From Parcubacteria group bacterium (GTDB taxonomy: Bacteria; Patescibacteriota; Minisyncoccia; Moranbacterales; GCA-2747515): DNA of 64,000 nucleotides. Positions 28,611 through 39,013 of this stretch are shown piece by piece. The stretch lies in NCBI GenBank assembly GCA_041660065.1, contig JBAZXC010000002.1, forward strand, positions 102,866 through 166,865, read 5' to 3'. The notes under the pieces are model-generated. The model had not been told where the DNA came from. It saw only the letters and a list, made by a program, of their open reading frames with translations, and did no database searches. The number at the start of each line of letters is the position of its first letter. Positions within the stretch are counted from its first letter, which is position 1. The position numbers were made by a program, and so were the translations under genes.

Positions 28611-29432
28611 ATGAAGAATATCTCGATCATAAAAATTGGTGGCAGTATAATCACAGACAAAAGTTCTCACAAACTCATTGTGCATCGTGAGTTACTTCAT
28701 GATATTGCAAAAGAATTGCATCAGTATCTTCTAAAAAAGCCACGCACAGAATTGATCATCATTCATGGCGCCGGTGGTCCCGGACACCATATCGCGCACC
28801 AACATGGTCTCGCCGACGGCACACTCCACGACCCTGTGAAAATCCGTGCTGTTTGTGACACACGTCTCGTAAACCAAAAATTGAACACGGAAATATGTGA
28901 GATATTGTTGCAAAATGATATTCCCGTCATCCCGGCGCATACGGGCACATTGATCACACAAAAAAACAAAGAAATTGTTTCCTGCGATCTTTCGATCCTA
29001 CAATCAATTTTAGGATCAAACTGCATCCCGGTTCTTTACGGCGAAATGGTCCATGATGCCGTACTGGAATATTCGGTCTGCTCCGGAGACACAAGTGCGG
29101 CATATCTTGCACAACATTTGCCTGTAGAAAAAATATTTTTTGCGACAGATGTGGATGGCATTTTTGATAGGGATCCGCACAAATTTCCGGAAGCACAATT
29201 GATACCAAACATCTCCTTGCATGACATATATAATGATACGTCACTCTCGATCGAAAGATCACACAATACTGACGTTACCGGCGGACTACGAGGAAAACTT
29301 TCTGTATTTCAATCATTTGCTGATCACGCACACACGCTCAAAGAAATCATTATTTTCAATGGCACCGATCCAAAGAAATACCATGATGTTTTGACTGGAA
29401 CCGCAACAATTTCTACACGAATTACTTTATAA
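28611..29432 (+). CDS. isopentenyl phosphate kinase (amino-acid-kinase family)
   Basis: IIKIGGSIITDK, IIHGAGGPGH, PVLYGE, SGD, ATDVDGIF, DVTGG. This is the IPK signature including the His after GxG. Start at ATG 28611. Confidence 0.8.
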   Translation: MKNISIIKIGGSIITDKSSHKLIVHRELLHDIAKELHQYLLKKPRTELIIIHGAGGPGHHIAHQHGLADGTLHDPVKIRAVCDTRLVNQKLNTEICEILLQNDIPVIPAHTGTLITQKNKEIVSCDLSILQSILGSNCIPVLYGEMVHDAVLEYSVCSGDTSAAYLAQHLPVEKIFFATDVDGIFDRDPHKFPEAQLIPNISLHDIYNDTSLSIERSHNTDVTGGLRGKLSVFQSFADHAHTLKEIIIFNGTDPKKYHDVLTGTATISTRITL

Positions 29433-29469
29433 AAAATAGAGACACGCCAATATGGCATGCCTCTCCTTC

Positions 29470-29913
29470 TCATTTTTCTTCATCCAAAAATATTTCGAGC
29501 GATGGACGTGTCTCTATACGGACAAAGCTCTTTTGCGATATAAGGTCAGCACAAGAGCACCAGCCATAATGCACAACTTCAGGATCCCGCGGAACTGACG
29601 TGAACTCCCTGTCACAATAACCCCATGCCACATGGGCACACACACCCGGAACGAGCATCAGCAGATTTGGACTAATGAATAATCCGGAGATTTGTTCAAA
29701 AGAACATCCTGTGATCTCTTCATCCACCATGCGCCTGATCGTGTCACAGCATGTTTCCCCCCTTTCAATGGTTTCCAATGGAAAAGATATCATACCCGCC
29801 TCTTTCCCGATCATTGGTTTAGCAACCAATTCTCGAATCGTATAGATCCGCCCTGTTCCATTGGCAACTAAAATCAGACCGATGCCTCTCACTATTTTTT
29901 CGCATATTTTCAT
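29470..29913 (-). CDS. degenerate Nudix-fold protein
   Basis: GMISFPLETIERGETCCDTIRRMVDEEI resembles a Nudix box. GGAGG SD before ATG 29913. Confidence 0.55.
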   Translation of the reverse strand: MKICEKIVRGIGLILVANGTGRIYTIRELVAKPMIGKEAGMISFPLETIERGETCCDTIRRMVDEEITGCSFEQISGLFISPNLLMLVPGVCAHVAWGYCDREFTSVPRDPEVVHYGWCSCADLISQKSFVRIETRPSLEIFLDEEK

Positions 29914-30080
29914 ATCGTGAGCCTCCATTTATCACAATATATATACGCACACCCTTACTGCGCCTCAAAAAGAACGTAAGTCACATAGTAACATTTACTC
30001 AATAACGTGTCAATTGTGCAGTGCACCATTTCATATAATGATGGTATAATGTTCCTGTAATCACAAAAATAAACTCTCTT

Positions 30081-31169
30081 ATGCAAAATCATTATGTTGT
30101 CATCATGGCAGGAGGGTCCGGCACACGCCTCTGGCCGCTTTCACGCAAAGACAACCCCAAACAATTTCAAAACCTCACCAGCGAAGACCGCACGCTCCTC
30201 CAAGAAACCTATGATCGCATCTCCCCGCTCGCAGATGATCTCGAGCACATTTTTGTCGCAACTACGCAAAATTACGAAAACATCGTCAAAGAACAACTGC
30301 CGGATCTGCCTCCACAAAACATTATCCTCGAACCCTGCGGACGTGACACCGCACCGGCAATCGCTTTTGCCACACAGATCATTTACAAAAAAGATCCCGA
30401 CGCAGTGATCACTACGACGCCATCAGACCACGCGATCAAAAATCCCGGCGCATATCTTTGCACCGTACAAACAGCATTTGCCGTGATCGCCGACCATCCG
30501 GAAAAATTCGGCCTCATCGGCATCACGCCGACAGAGCCGAGTACAGAACTAGGCTATATTCAGATGGGCACAGAACTGGAAAATTCATATAAAAAAAGAG
30601 TTTTTGAAGCTGTCGCATTCAAAGAAAAACCGGACGTAAAGACCGCAGAAAAATACCTCAACAACTGGTCATATTTGTGGAATGCCGCCTATTTTGTTTT
30701 CAAAGCGGATACATTTCTCCGCATGGTCCAAAAATTCACACCACACATCCATGACGCTCTCACGCAGATTGACGCAACCGATGATGCCGATGCGATCCAT
30801 AGCCTTTATTGCGGCCTCCCCAAAGAACCGATCGATACCGTCATCCTAGAGCAACTCTCCGCAAAGGATCGCTTCGTTGTCCCTGCAGATCTGGAATGGA
30901 GTGACGTGGGCAATTGGCGTACGTTGCATGATTTCCACCGCTGTGACAATGGACAAAAAAGCGTTACCAGAGGTAAAGTTGTCGAGATCAACTCACACAA
31001 TTGTTTGGTATTTGGACACCCTACCAAAACCATTGCCACGCTCGGACTCAATGACATCGTTGTGATCGACACTGATGATGCGATCTTGATCACGCACAGA
31101 GATCAAGCCCACGAGGTCAAAAAGATCATCGATCATCTCAAAGATCAAGAGATGGATCACTTGTTATAG
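30081..31169 (+). CDS. manC: mannose-1-phosphate guanylyltransferase
   Basis: VIMAGGSGTRLWPLSR..PKQF, EPCGRDTAPAI, FKEKP, WSDVGNW. Confidence 0.92.
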   Translation: MQNHYVVIMAGGSGTRLWPLSRKDNPKQFQNLTSEDRTLLQETYDRISPLADDLEHIFVATTQNYENIVKEQLPDLPPQNIILEPCGRDTAPAIAFATQIIYKKDPDAVITTTPSDHAIKNPGAYLCTVQTAFAVIADHPEKFGLIGITPTEPSTELGYIQMGTELENSYKKRVFEAVAFKEKPDVKTAEKYLNNWSYLWNAAYFVFKADTFLRMVQKFTPHIHDALTQIDATDDADAIHSLYCGLPKEPIDTVILEQLSAKDRFVVPADLEWSDVGNWRTLHDFHRCDNGQKSVTRGKVVEINSHNCLVFGHPTKTIATLGLNDIVVIDTDDAILITHRDQAHEVKKIIDHLKDQEMDHLL

Positions 31170-31218
31170 ATATAAGAAAATCAAAACAACACTCACATGA
31201 TCGTGAGTGTTTTTTGAT

Positions 31219-31668
31219 CTAAACATTCTTTGTAAACGCAACGCCATAAATTTTTATCTCCTCACCGCACAGCCAGTCATATGTTGTCCGTGAATCCATG
31301 GATTGTCTGCGGTCGCCATTTTCCAACCATACATCTTTGCGTCCCTCCACCCAATAGCAATCCCCTTCTTTTTTTGTGATTTTTTTGATATACGCACCAT
31401 CGCACTTTTCGTCCGTGCATTCAAATGCGATCACATCCCCGACAAAAAAAGTACTTGCCGGCACAACATCAACAAGCGTACGATCATAAAAACCATACGA
31501 CTCCATCGAATGTCCCTCTACTTGAAATGTCTGTGTTTTCATGAAATCATACCGCTCATTGCCGATATTCTCATTGTCATACGGCACATATTCCGCCGCA
31601 CTTGCGATCGCACCAATTGGCGCAAAAACGCTAAGAAACAACATAAAAACTGCACTATAATAATACAT
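31219..31668 (-). CDS. S26/S24 signal-peptidase-like protein
   Basis: Signal peptide, VEGHSME, GDVIAF, YIKKI, SMDSR. Confidence 0.55.
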   Translation of the reverse strand: MYYYSAVFMLFLSVFAPIGAIASAAEYVPYDNENIGNERYDFMKTQTFQVEGHSMESYGFYDRTLVDVVPASTFFVGDVIAFECTDEKCDGAYIKKITKKEGDCYWVEGRKDVWLENGDRRQSMDSRTTYDWLCGEEIKIYGVAFTKNV

Positions 31669-31908
31669 ATTTCACCCGTTATAGTCTTAAATTCCTGTTT
31701 CATTCGATCAAAAAATCGAACCATATACTATAGCACACTTTTGGTTTTTTGTCAAATATTTGCTTGGCATCCTCCGGGGTGTGCCAAAATACCATCTAAA
31801 ATACCTACGTCTTGATAATCTCATGGGGCCATGTTACAATTCGCGTCACGCGAGATTGTCAAGGATTCTTTAATAACTCACAAATATTTACACAAGAAGG
31901 AGCGAACC

Positions 31909-32307
31909 ATGATTACAGTATTAGGATATGTTCTTGCAATTATATGGATTGTGATCAAAGTCTGTGCAATTATATGTTTAGGAGTGATTCTATTTGACAA
32001 AGATCTCTATACGTCTATTTCCGATAATCCTCCATGGCAAATCTTGACACGATTAAAGGAAATCCGAGAAGGAACGAGTTGCTTTAATAGCAGAACCCAC
32101 TATCTCCTTCTCGAAATTTTTCGCGTATTTTTACTTTCTTCAATGATCTTTCTCCTCGTACCAACGGTAATTAATTTGTTCGAAGATGGCATCCACCCGA
32201 TGGATCCTGAACTCGTGATAACGGTCTGTTGTTGTATCGGCACGGCAATGATAATATGCCTAAGTTGCTATCTATATAGCTTTGCCACTTACGCGATCAA
32301 AAGATAG
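31909..32307 (+). CDS. hypothetical membrane protein
   Basis: AAGGAG SD before ATG 31909; three hydrophobic segments. Confidence 0.6.
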   Translation: MITVLGYVLAIIWIVIKVCAIICLGVILFDKDLYTSISDNPPWQILTRLKEIREGTSCFNSRTHYLLLEIFRVFLLSSMIFLLVPTVINLFEDGIHPMDPELVITVCCCIGTAMIICLSCYLYSFATYAIKR

Positions 32308-32402
32308 CATCCAACTATTTTATTGATTCAATGCTTAAAAAAGGACTGCACAAAATCTATTGTGACAGTCCTTTTTCATCTCCCAGATGATACTCTGCTA
32401 AT

Positions 32403-33338
32403 CTAAAAATCAATTTCAAGCGCAATAAAACGTTTTTTATATTCTTCAAAAATACGCGGTCCGTGCGGTTTGGGTAAAAAGACGAGAAATTGATCAGAAA
32501 AGAGGATAATACCCCCTTTGTATTGGGTTTTTGGATTATTTTTGATCTTTTGTTCTTGGATCTTCTTGAGTCGCATTTCCATACCGCGATCACCAAAGAT
32601 CAATTCCAGAAGCCGTCTGATGCTTTTTGTCACGATCGTATCTTTGACCGCCGTATCATAATATTTTTCCTGCATAAAATGTGGCTTGTATGAACGGATC
32701 CATTGATTTTGCATACAAAAATCTGCAAAAAAACCCAGATCAAAAACGGGAAAGATGTAGGAATATTCATGCGCAGCAAAAAGATCCTTGGTGGGCACGA
32801 CGAGCGATTGCGTTGTGATGTGATAGTTGAGACACGCGCGATCGTTAACCTGTGCATCATGCCGGCGAAATCCGCACGCATGTGCCAGTATTGTGATAAA
32901 AAAACGTCCCGTCCAAATATGACCGTGCTTATAGGCAATAAGGAGATCAAGGTCGCTTTCTTTTTCGCAATGGTTATAAGAGAGACGCCCTGTCACACAG
33001 ATCATGCGCACAAAAGGGCTCATACACAAAATTCTCACGATCTTTTCCACGCGCTTTTTCTTCTGCAAACTAATGATCGCTCTTGTACGGCGCACATCCA
33101 CGAGCGTTTCGCGACCGTGCAAAAAATAGAACCCGTTTTTTTCTCCCACATACTGACGAACTTCCTTTGTGCGCAATGCTTCAAAGACATCCGCAAGCGT
33201 CCACATATCATCCGTATGATCTGCGCTGCACCTGATCAAATCCTTCCACACCTCAAAGGCAGTCAACGGCCGATCCAATACATCATAGTATGTGATCGTT
33301 GCCAAGATATTCTTATGAATTATATGATCCACATGCAT
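32403..33338 (-). CDS. Pol-beta-like nucleotidyltransferase-domain protein
   Basis: VRMICVTGRLS..ESDLDLLI matches the hG[GS]x9-13DhD-type motif, with GR in place of GS. Confidence 0.6.
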   Translation of the reverse strand: MHVDHIIHKNILATITYYDVLDRPLTAFEVWKDLIRCSADHTDDMWTLADVFEALRTKEVRQYVGEKNGFYFLHGRETLVDVRRTRAIISLQKKKRVEKIVRILCMSPFVRMICVTGRLSYNHCEKESDLDLLIAYKHGHIWTGRFFITILAHACGFRRHDAQVNDRACLNYHITTQSLVVPTKDLFAAHEYSYIFPVFDLGFFADFCMQNQWIRSYKPHFMQEKYYDTAVKDTIVTKSIRRLLELIFGDRGMEMRLKKIQEQKIKNNPKTQYKGGIILFSDQFLVFLPKPHGPRIFEEYKKRFIALEIDF

Positions 33339-33400
33339 GACTTACTGCTAAAAAATCCTCTCACCCACACGCCTGACAAATACACGACCGTAAATTATTT

Positions 33401-36244
33401 TTACATGAATTTTGCCGTAGGACTTTTTTTATTTTTCTTTAATTTTTCCGGCACGCCGGCGTAGATCAACTCTCCTCCACTCTGCCCACCATCCGGACCA
33501 AGTTCGATCACCCAATCAGAATGTTTGATCACATCAAGATTGTGCTCCACGACCAATACTGTATTGCCTTTGTCCACCAATCCATCCAACATGCGCAATA
33601 ATTTTTTCGTGTCATCGAAATGCAATCCTGTCGTCGGCTCATCCAAAATATATAATGTCCTTCCCGTGGATTTGCGTGCAAGCTCTGTCGCCAACTTAAT
33701 GCGCTGTGCCTCTCCGCCGGAAAGATTAGTCGCACTCTGTCCGAGATGAATATATCCCAAACCAACCTTCTTCATCGCAGAGAGTTTTTCTTTGATGAGT
33801 GCGTGACTCTTGAAAAATTCATATGCATAATCAACGCTCATATCAAGGACGTCAGCGATCGTCACACCATTGTACTCCACCTCCAATATGCGACTATGAT
33901 AACGCTTGCCACCACATGCCTCACACGGCACATACATATCCGGCAAGAGATGCATCTCCACCTTGACAGAGCCATCTCCCTTACATACCTCACACCGACC
34001 ACCACGCATATTGAAACTGAAATGACTTGCTTCGAGACTTTTTTCTTTTGCACTATCTGTACCGGCAAAAAGATCTCTGACATGGGTGAACACGCCCGTA
34101 TACGTCGCTGTGTTTGATCGTGGCGTACGACCGATCGGATTTTGATCAATTGTGATCACTTTGTTTACATGTTGTAGCCCAACGATTTTTTTATATCGTC
34201 CCGGCTCAACGGTTGAGCGATGGAATTTTTGAGCAAGAATTCTCGAGAGTATCTTGTGTACAAGAGTTGACTTTCCACTACCGGACACACCACACACCGT
34301 GACAAACATTCCCAACGGAAAAGCCACGGTAATATCGCGCAAGTTATGTTCACTCGCCCCGACAACGACAACCTCCTTACCGTTTCCTTTTCGCTTTTTC
34401 TTTGTTTCTGCAACAGTCAATTTCCCAGAAATATATTTTGCCGTTGTCGTTTTTGCCTGCAACATTTTTTGCAACGTCCCGGAGAAAACAAGTTTTCCCC
34501 CTTCTTCCCCGGCGCCAGGTCCCATATCAACGATCCAATCAGCTTGTTTCATGACGTCCGCATCATGCTCCACGATGATAAGTGTATTGTGTGCTGCCTG
34601 CAATCGTTTCATTGCCCGAAGGAGTCGTGCTGTATCGCGACTATGTAATCCCGCTGTCGGTTCATCCAACACATAGATCACACCCGTGAGATCTGACTTG
34701 ATCTGCACCGCCAAACGAATACGTTGTGCTTCACCACCTGAAAGCGTATTACTTGAACGCGACAGCGTGAGATATTCCACACCGACATCGCACAATGCAC
34801 GTGCACGCGTATGCATCTCGGAAACCAGTGTATCCACGGTGATCTTTTCTTCACGTGAAAAACTACCTCCATCGCCGATGTGCTCGATAGCATCGAGAAA
34901 ATCACACAGCGACAATGAGACCAGATCATTGATCGTACGTTCATTGACCGTCACGGCCAGATATTCTTTTTTCAAACGCTTCCCTTCACACGAAAAGCAC
35001 ACGCGTTCCACCATATAGCGCTCCAATTCTCTACGCATATACTCTGATTTTGTATTTCTATATCGCTCTTCTAAATCGGCAATGATTCCTTTGAAATCAC
35101 CTTCATTTTTTGCATTTGGCACGCCATAAAAAATCACTGCAAGATGTGACTTTGAGATTTTCTTTACCGGTTCAGATAATGAAAAATGATATTTTTTAGC
35201 GATGCTTTCCAAACTTTTTTTATGCTTGCTGTATGCGGTATTTTTTCCGCCGGATTTACTCCATATATGGATTGCACCCTCTTCAATTGACAGCTCATCA
35301 TTTGGGATCAGCAACGTCGGATCGATCTCATTTTTGATGCCCAGTCCATCACACTCAGGACATGCGCCATCGGGATTATTGAAAGAAAAACATCGTGGCG
35401 TAATCTCTGAAAGACGAAAACCGGATTCCTTACAGTAATAGTCACGAGAATATTCTTCATCCACCGCATCATCATATGACACAATACATAGTCCCCCGGA
35501 AAGTTTCATCGCCGTTTCGATCGAATCCATAAGACACTCGCGATCCAACTCGCTTATTTTATGTTCAAAACGATCGATCACAATATCAATATCCACAGAA
35601 ACGGCATCACTCACGATCATTTCCGCCTCTATGACCGACATAATTTTGTGATTGAATCGCACACGAGGATATCCGTCTTTTTTGATCGACTGCAACACCT
35701 CCTTATTATTTTTTTTATCTGTATTTACCGGAGACAGAATTGTGATCAATTTTCCCTGTGCGGTCTTCATGATTTTGATCGCGATGTCACGCACACTTTT
35801 TCGTTTGAGCGGACGCCCCGTTGTCGGACAATGCGGTACACCGACAGACGCAAAGAGAATACGCAGATAATCATAGATCTCCGTCATCGTTCCGACTGTT
35901 GAGCGGATACTTTTGCTGACGCTTTTTTGATCGATCGCAATTGCCGGTGAAATATTTTCTATGCGATCCACATCAGGCTTGGTCATGACACCCATCACAC
36001 TGCGAGCGTGTGTTGAGAGACTCTCCATAAATCGCCGATTACTCTCCGCATAGATCACATCAAATGCCAGAGAGCTTTTCCCGGAGCCGGACAGTCCGGT
36101 CACAACCGTCATCTTGTTGCGCGGAATATGAACGGAAACATTTTTCAAATTATTGACACGCGCATTATGTATAAAAATTTTATTTGGATCTGACGTTTGT
36201 TTTCTGTCAGGCATTTTTTTCTTACATGATCGTAATGGACTCAT
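33401..36244 (-). CDS. uvrA: excinuclease ABC subunit A
   Basis: Two ABC domains (GLSGSGKS, GVSGSGKS, LSGGEAQRI twice) and zinc fingers. The true start may be slightly downstream. Confidence 0.96.
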   Translation of the reverse strand: MSPLRSCKKKMPDRKQTSDPNKIFIHNARVNNLKNVSVHIPRNKMTVVTGLSGSGKSSLAFDVIYAESNRRFMESLSTHARSVMGVMTKPDVDRIENISPAIAIDQKSVSKSIRSTVGTMTEIYDYLRILFASVGVPHCPTTGRPLKRKSVRDIAIKIMKTAQGKLITILSPVNTDKKNNKEVLQSIKKDGYPRVRFNHKIMSVIEAEMIVSDAVSVDIDIVIDRFEHKISELDRECLMDSIETAMKLSGGLCIVSYDDAVDEEYSRDYYCKESGFRLSEITPRCFSFNNPDGACPECDGLGIKNEIDPTLLIPNDELSIEEGAIHIWSKSGGKNTAYSKHKKSLESIAKKYHFSLSEPVKKISKSHLAVIFYGVPNAKNEGDFKGIIADLEERYRNTKSEYMRRELERYMVERVCFSCEGKRLKKEYLAVTVNERTINDLVSLSLCDFLDAIEHIGDGGSFSREEKITVDTLVSEMHTRARALCDVGVEYLTLSRSSNTLSGGEAQRIRLAVQIKSDLTGVIYVLDEPTAGLHSRDTARLLRAMKRLQAAHNTLIIVEHDADVMKQADWIVDMGPGAGEEGGKLVFSGTLQKMLQAKTTTAKYISGKLTVAETKKKRKGNGKEVVVVGASEHNLRDITVAFPLGMFVTVCGVSGSGKSTLVHKILSRILAQKFHRSTVEPGRYKKIVGLQHVNKVITIDQNPIGRTPRSNTATYTGVFTHVRDLFAGTDSAKEKSLEASHFSFNMRGGRCEVCKGDGSVKVEMHLLPDMYVPCEACGGKRYHSRILEVEYNGVTIADVLDMSVDYAYEFFKSHALIKEKLSAMKKVGLGYIHLGQSATNLSGGEAQRIKLATELARKSTGRTLYILDEPTTGLHFDDTKKLLRMLDGLVDKGNTVLVVEHNLDVIKHSDWVIELGPDGGQSGGELIYAGVPEKLKKNKKSPTAKFM

Positions 36245-36380
36245 AGGTTGATATTATATTTAAGATAGAACAGCATTAGTTACCAATTTTAGACCATTTT
36301 TGCCCTATGGTCAAGAGAAAGGTCAAAACCCAAAAAAATCCACCGAATATTCCGTCGCAACCCCGACAGTTCATCCGCAT

Positions 36381-36416
36381 CACATATTGCCACGCACTAG
36401 AGCGTGGTAATATGTG
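36381..36416. repeat. 15-bp stem hairpin (REP-like)
   Basis: CACATATTGCCACGC-ACTAGA-GCGTGGTAATATGTG with one G-T pair and no U-tract. Confidence 0.6.
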
Positions 36417-36501
36417 GCTATGTTTATACGAGAAAATCAAAATAAATAAAAAACCCTGAGATGCGTCTCAGAGTTTTGAATTTTGTTTAAAAAAGAAAAA
36501 A

Positions 36502-38985
36502 TTATTTCCAAAAATGTTCCGCTGGCGATTGCGGTGACGGTTGTACGAATACAGAACGCGCAGCTACTTCTCTCTCAATAATGTCGCGATCGCGACCATA
36601 TTTGAGTCGTGATAATTCTTTGATCGGGTCAACGATGTCCGGATTACCTTCTGTCGGAAGGGGTGCTTTCATATTGAACGGTGCCGTTGAAATATTATTG
36701 AGAAGCAATCGCGCAAAATAATTATAATTATCCACATTGATCAGATCCTGCGCAGTAAAGACCGGCGCAAACTGTTTTTCGAGAAATTCTGCATCCTCTG
36801 CACCGACGCGCAATACTGCCAACGAGCCCACGTTACCAAAAACCGCCTTGGAAATGCCCTCAGACAATTGTCCGATAAACTGATGTGCAATGATAAGTGC
36901 GAGCCGATATTTACGCGCCTCAGACAAAATTTGTGCAATTGAATCCGTCGTTACATTCTGAAACTCATCGATATACAAATAAAAATCTTTTCGATCTTTT
37001 TCCGGCATGTCCACACGACCCAATGCCGCCATCAATAGCTTTCCCACGATCACCATACCAAGCAAATGACTGTTTGTCTCACCAATTTTTCCTTTAGATA
37101 GATTGATCAGCAGGATCTTTTTTGTATCCATGATATTGCGAAAATCCAACGTGCTTTTTTGCTGAGAGATGATCGGACGCATCATGTCATTGGAAAGAAA
37201 TGGCGTGAGCTTTGATGTAATATATGGCACCATATTTGCGAGAGCGGCTTCACCGCCGGCTTTTTCCGCTTCATTCATCCAAAAATCTTTGACTACCATA
37301 TTGCGACAACGCGACAATTTCATGCGACGGAAATTTTCATCAGCCAAAACTTTCGGGATTTCCATAAGCGTTGACCCCGACTCCGGATCGTCCATGATCA
37401 GAAGCATGGCATTGCGCATGTACTGTTCAAACATCGGGCCGCCGGTTGCTTTGAGATCATAGAGCTTATCAAAGATATTGATGATCTCATTGATCACAAA
37501 TGTTTTTTCTTCCGGCTTATTGTATTCCAACATATTCAAACCGAAAGGACGTTCTGTATCCGATGGATCAAAATACACCACATCCTCTGCCCGCTCTTTT
37601 GGTACAGCAGTCAGGATATCCTCGATCGCCTCTCCATGCGGATCCACAAAGCACAATCCGTGTCCATTGCGCACATCCTGCTTTGCCATTTCTTGCAACA
37701 ATGTTGATTTACCGGTACCCGTTTGTCCAATCACATAAAGATGGCGACGGCGATCATTTTGTGACAGATAAATGTCCGTATTGACACCGCGATAATCATT
37801 CCATCCCAAATACACACCTTCTTTCGGCACATCGGTTGGTGGTGGCGCACTCCCTGCTTTGAGCCATTTGATCTTTGGCGTTTCTGTTGTCGATATAGGA
37901 AAATGGAAAACGCTCGCAATTTCTTCCACACCCAAAATTACACTCGCATCCTCATCAAATGCACGAAAAATATAGTTGAATGCTTGTTTTTTTGTTCTTG
38001 TGCCGAAACGTTTGATCAAAAAATGATTCACACCGGGATTTTCAAACTGCGAAAAAGCATTTTCCATATGCGACAAAATTTCCTCCGCACGCTCCTGCGT
38101 GCCTGCAGAAGCCACGAGACGAATGTTGGCAAGAAACGCTGCTTTTGATGTTTTTGATTCAATTGCCTTGACCAACTCCTGCTCTTCCGGCGTCAGTTGC
38201 ACTCGCTTATCCATTGCATGTTGTTCAGAAACTTTTTTTGTTCCAAAGGCTTTCCCTGCTTCTTTGAAGACTTCCCCGGCAATGCTCCTATTTACATCTT
38301 TCAGTTGCTTTCCTTGTTGCATTTCATGTGCAAATTTACGCCCTTTTGCACGCCACCCAGATCCAACATCATGCAGAACAATCTGAATACTTGCACCTTC
38401 ATCATGCGAATTTAATTTACTAAACGCCGTCGTAATTTCACTGAGCGGATCCTTCTCCATACGCTCATATGTACGAACCGGCAATGCGCTATGCCTCTTC
38501 AACGACACAACGCCCATCGCTGTTTTTGATCCCGGCGTAAATATTGTATAGTCCTCCACTTTCTCGATCGATGAATCAGAAAAATAACTATGCACTTGTT
38601 TTTCAAGAGAAGATCGATATTTTTTTGGCACAGAAATGTAAAAAAATATTTCTTCTTTTCCTGCAGGATTTGCGATCTCAAGAGTGATCGTCGGTTTGCC
38701 ATACACAAAAGCCCTCCATGAGATCTTTTTATCTTTTAATTGCGCAAGGGAAATAAGAAGCTGTTCCATCACGCCGATTTCTTCTTTCCACATCTCCGGA
38801 TTTTGCCGACCTTTTTCATTGCGGTGTCTATTTTGTGCAACGCGAATCACTTCCAGATCTTCATTCATTGATCTGTTCACAATAATTCGATACCCAAAGA
38901 TACTTCTGAGCACTAAAAATGCTCCCGTAATCACACTGACCACCGCAGACATGCCAATCAAAACAATAAATATAAGACCAAACAT
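36502..38985 (-). CDS. VirD4/TraG-TraD-like coupling protein (HerA/FtsK-superfamily ATPase)
   Basis: N-terminal TM, DRRRHLYVIGQTGTGKS, VDPHGE, LYIDEFQN, LSEARKYRL..AHQFIGQL. Confidence 0.88.
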   Translation of the reverse strand: MFGLIFIVLIGMSAVVSVITGAFLVLRSIFGYRIIVNRSMNEDLEVIRVAQNRHRNEKGRQNPEMWKEEIGVMEQLLISLAQLKDKKISWRAFVYGKPTITLEIANPAGKEEIFFYISVPKKYRSSLEKQVHSYFSDSSIEKVEDYTIFTPGSKTAMGVVSLKRHSALPVRTYERMEKDPLSEITTAFSKLNSHDEGASIQIVLHDVGSGWRAKGRKFAHEMQQGKQLKDVNRSIAGEVFKEAGKAFGTKKVSEQHAMDKRVQLTPEEQELVKAIESKTSKAAFLANIRLVASAGTQERAEEILSHMENAFSQFENPGVNHFLIKRFGTRTKKQAFNYIFRAFDEDASVILGVEEIASVFHFPISTTETPKIKWLKAGSAPPPTDVPKEGVYLGWNDYRGVNTDIYLSQNDRRRHLYVIGQTGTGKSTLLQEMAKQDVRNGHGLCFVDPHGEAIEDILTAVPKERAEDVVYFDPSDTERPFGLNMLEYNKPEEKTFVINEIINIFDKLYDLKATGGPMFEQYMRNAMLLIMDDPESGSTLMEIPKVLADENFRRMKLSRCRNMVVKDFWMNEAEKAGGEAALANMVPYITSKLTPFLSNDMMRPIISQQKSTLDFRNIMDTKKILLINLSKGKIGETNSHLLGMVIVGKLLMAALGRVDMPEKDRKDFYLYIDEFQNVTTDSIAQILSEARKYRLALIIAHQFIGQLSEGISKAVFGNVGSLAVLRVGAEDAEFLEKQFAPVFTAQDLINVDNYNYFARLLLNNISTAPFNMKAPLPTEGNPDIVDPIKELSRLKYGRDRDIIEREVAARSVFVQPSPQSPAEHFWK

Positions 38986-39013
38986 AAAAATCGATTGTTG
39001 TACTTAAAAACAA

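Noticed and set aside
36245-36340. LexA/SOS box upstream of uvrA
   Set aside because: No convincing CTGT-N8-ACAG or GAAC-N4-GTTC palindrome.
36502-38985. Conjugative element or ICE
   Set aside because: There is no relaxase, integrase, VirB4 or att site in the window, and the flanking genes are chromosomal.
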